A stretch of 63,387 nt of DNA, filler included, from Folioceros fuciformis (taxonomy: Eukaryota): NCBI GenBank assembly GCA_049999805.1. It is 24 parts of 24 records of this genome, joined end to end, with 100 filler letters (N's around TTAATTAATTAA, not from the genome) between each part and the next. Parts side by side here need not be neighbours in the genome. Positions count along the whole stretch, not along the records: positions 60,846 to 63,387 come from JBNGIO010005029.1; 23 more parts are not named here. One strand, given 5' to 3'. The position numbers and the translations under genes were made by a program. The notes below the pieces were generated by a model. That model was not told where the DNA came from. It ran no database searches and saw nothing but the letters and a program-made list of their open reading frames with translations. Positions 61,382 through 63,387 of the stretch are shown here, piece after piece. Within the stretch, counting starts at the first letter, position 1; every line of letters begins with the position of its first letter.

Positions 61382-63387
61382 ATGTTCGCTTTCGATCCCC
61401 TAGCAACACAAGCCAGCAGCACCATGCGCCGCCGCCGCGTAATGGCAACGCATCATCAACTTGTCAGCACTCCAGCCAACCCAACATTAACCTTTAACAC
61501 CACAAAGGTGGAATTCAAAGACCGCGATCGCTTCACAGGGAGCGACTACGACATATGGCAAATCAGAATTCAAGCCTTGCTTGAGGAGCACGACCTTATG
61601 GGCATTGTCGATGGCACATGTCCCAAGCCATCCACAACATCAACTCCGCCTGCAACTCCTGACCAGATTGCAGCATGGGAGAAAAGTGACAAACGAGCCC
61701 GCAACATCCTTATTTCAGCAATCGATAAGAACATGCTACAACATACACACGGCCAAGCGACTTCTAACAGTATTTGGAACACCTTCAACGAGATGTTCCA
61801 AGCCCAAAGCTCAATGTCACTTGTAAATGCAACACGTCAATTCTACTCATTGAGAATGAAAGAATCTGACAGCGTTGAGCAACACATACACAAGTTCAGA
61901 TCCGCAAGAGCCAAGTTGGCCGCCAGCGGCACTACTCTCACAGAATTGCAAGCAGCGGTTACTCTTCTAACCTCATTGTCTAGCTCATACAGAACGTTCG
62001 TCAGTTCTCAAAACACGGCGCTTCGACAGGCAGCCCAAGCAGGAGTTTCGGCACCTTACACACTTTCAGAAGTTGTTGCAGCCCTCCTCGAAGAAGAATC
62101 CAGCCGCATAGGCACCTCACGTTCCAATACTGGAGCCAATCAAGTGCTGTTTGCATCACGAGGCCGTGGTGCAAGGCGAGGTGGTTTCAAACCTAGCAGT
62201 TTCTCCTCACGGAAACCTGCTGGTCAGTCTCAGAGACCCTCTTTTAATGCAAGTCCGAGGCAAGAACAAAACAGACTACAGAAGGGAGCATGCAACTGGT
62301 GCAAAATTATCGGGCATTATGAACACAAGTGCCGTAAGAAGATGGCAGGCGAACCTCGTCGAGACAATCCCAGGAATGAATCACATATCACTACCATCAA
62401 CAGGCAGCCCGCAGCAAGCTCCATATTGGCAGTATGCCTTACACTTACCAGAACAGATCCACACCGGTGGTTCCTTGATTCAGGAGCCACGACGCATATT
62501 TGTAGTAGTATCGATATGTTCGACGCATATCACCAAGTGACATCTGACCAGCACGTCCTACTTGGAGACGACAGTGCATTACCCATTCAAGGGTCAGGAG
62601 ATATCAAACTGCGGCTTGCAAATGGAGAAACCCTTCTCATCAACGGAGTTCTGCATGTCCCGACAATGACAAACAACCTGCTGTCAGTTCGGAAGTTAGC
62701 AACCGAGCATGACCTCGTAATCACATTTGTCGGTAACCACTGTACCATCAGCCATGTCAAAGATCCTGACCATATTGCCCTTGCTCATGGCCTACCTTAC
62801 AATGATTTATATCTGCTCAACATTCAAACCCACTCATCTCTTGTGGTAAACAGTTCTTCAGAACAAAATAAAACCAACTCCCTGCTATGGCACTGCCGTG
62901 CCGGTCACATCAACCCGAGGTATCTAAAATCCCTTACTAATCCCTCAATGTACAGAGACCCAATTAAACTCCAGGTGTCACAAGATTTCTTCTGCGAAAT
63001 TTGTAAGTACACTAAACTGAATCAGCTTCCCTTCTCGAATCCTCAACCTACTAGGGCTAGAAGACTTTTGGAAATCATCCACTCTGACATTTGCGGTCCT
63101 ATGAGTAAAGTCTCCTTCAGAGGACACTCTTACTTCCTCACTTTTATGGATGAGTGGAGTAGGTACACTCACATCTATTTTTTGAAACACAAGAGTGAAG
63201 CCTTCGATTACTTCCAAGAGTTTCTCTCCACCGTAGAACGCCAAACCGGTTTCTTAGTCGGCACCCTGCGCACCAACAATGTAGGTGAGTACACTAGCGA
63301 AGCCTTCCAGTCTTTCTGCAACCTTAAAGGCATCCTTAGACAGTTAACTGTCCCCTATACCCCATCACAAAACCCTTTCGCAGAACG
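61382..63387 (+). CDS. Copia gag-PR-INT polyprotein, stop-free to the window end (absent from the ORF track)
   Basis: Manual translation gives VEFKDRDRF, CNWCKIIGHYEHKC, WFLDSGAT, LWHCRAGH, IHSDICGP, RTNNVGEY and QNPFAE. Confidence 0.93.
   Translation, partial: MFAFDPLATQASSTMRRRRVMATHHQLVSTPANPTLTFNTTKVEFKDRDRFTGSDYDIWQIRIQALLEEHDLMGIVDGTCPKPSTTSTPPATPDQIAAWEKSDKRARNILISAIDKNMLQHTHGQATSNSIWNTFNEMFQAQSSMSLVNATRQFYSLRMKESDSVEQHIHKFRSARAKLAASGTTLTELQAAVTLLTSLSSSYRTFVSSQNTALRQAAQAGVSAPYTLSEVVAALLEEESSRIGTSRSNTGANQVLFASRGRGARRGGFKPSSFSSRKPAGQSQRPSFNASPRQEQNRLQKGACNWCKIIGHYEHKCRKKMAGEPRRDNPRNESHITTINRQPAASSILAVCLTLTRTDPHRWFLDSGATTHICSSIDMFDAYHQVTSDQHVLLGDDSALPIQGSGDIKLRLANGETLLINGVLHVPTMTNNLLSVRKLATEHDLVITFVGNHCTISHVKDPDHIALAHGLPYNDLYLLNIQTHSSLVVNSSSEQNKTNSLLWHCRAGHINPRYLKSLTNPSMYRDPIKLQVSQDFFCEICKYTKLNQLPFSNPQPTRARRLLEIIHSDICGPMSKVSFRGHSYFLTFMDEWSRYTHIYFLKHKSEAFDYFQEFLSTVERQTGFLVGTLRTNNVGEYTSEAFQSFCNLKGILRQLTVPYTPSQNPFAE

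Overview
This window is not one continuous locus. It is 24 unrelated short contigs (about 1.1-5.8 kb) joined by 23 identical artificial 100-bp spacers (44 N + TTAATTAATTAA + 44 N), so nothing can be inferred across spacers. Nearly all contigs are decayed, nested plant-type retrotransposons: mostly Ty1/Copia gag/PR/INT/RT/RNaseH pieces with LTRs, tRNA-iMet primer-binding sites (PBS) and polypurine tracts (PPT), plus some Ty3/Gypsy integrase pieces and a CRE-like RLE non-LTR element. The likely host is a non-seed land plant (inference). One contig (26853-28415) is a RIP-mutated fungal Gypsy element, so the assembly is taxonomically mixed. The standout is a multi-copy, intron-containing gene whose fragments on three contigs (53783-54840, 11738-13275, 8334-9023) overlap and tile into a roughly 800-aa protein: ParB/Srx-like domain, basic NLS-like linker, beta-class N4C/N6A DNA methyltransferase, and an unknown C-terminal domain. 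Divergence between copies is mostly synonymous, and a GC-rich palindrome recurs in and next to the gene. Also notable: a Copia group with extra helical ORFs between PBS and gag, an unnamed ~600-codon TE accessory ORF family, and a divergent pair of unknown intron-containing genes.
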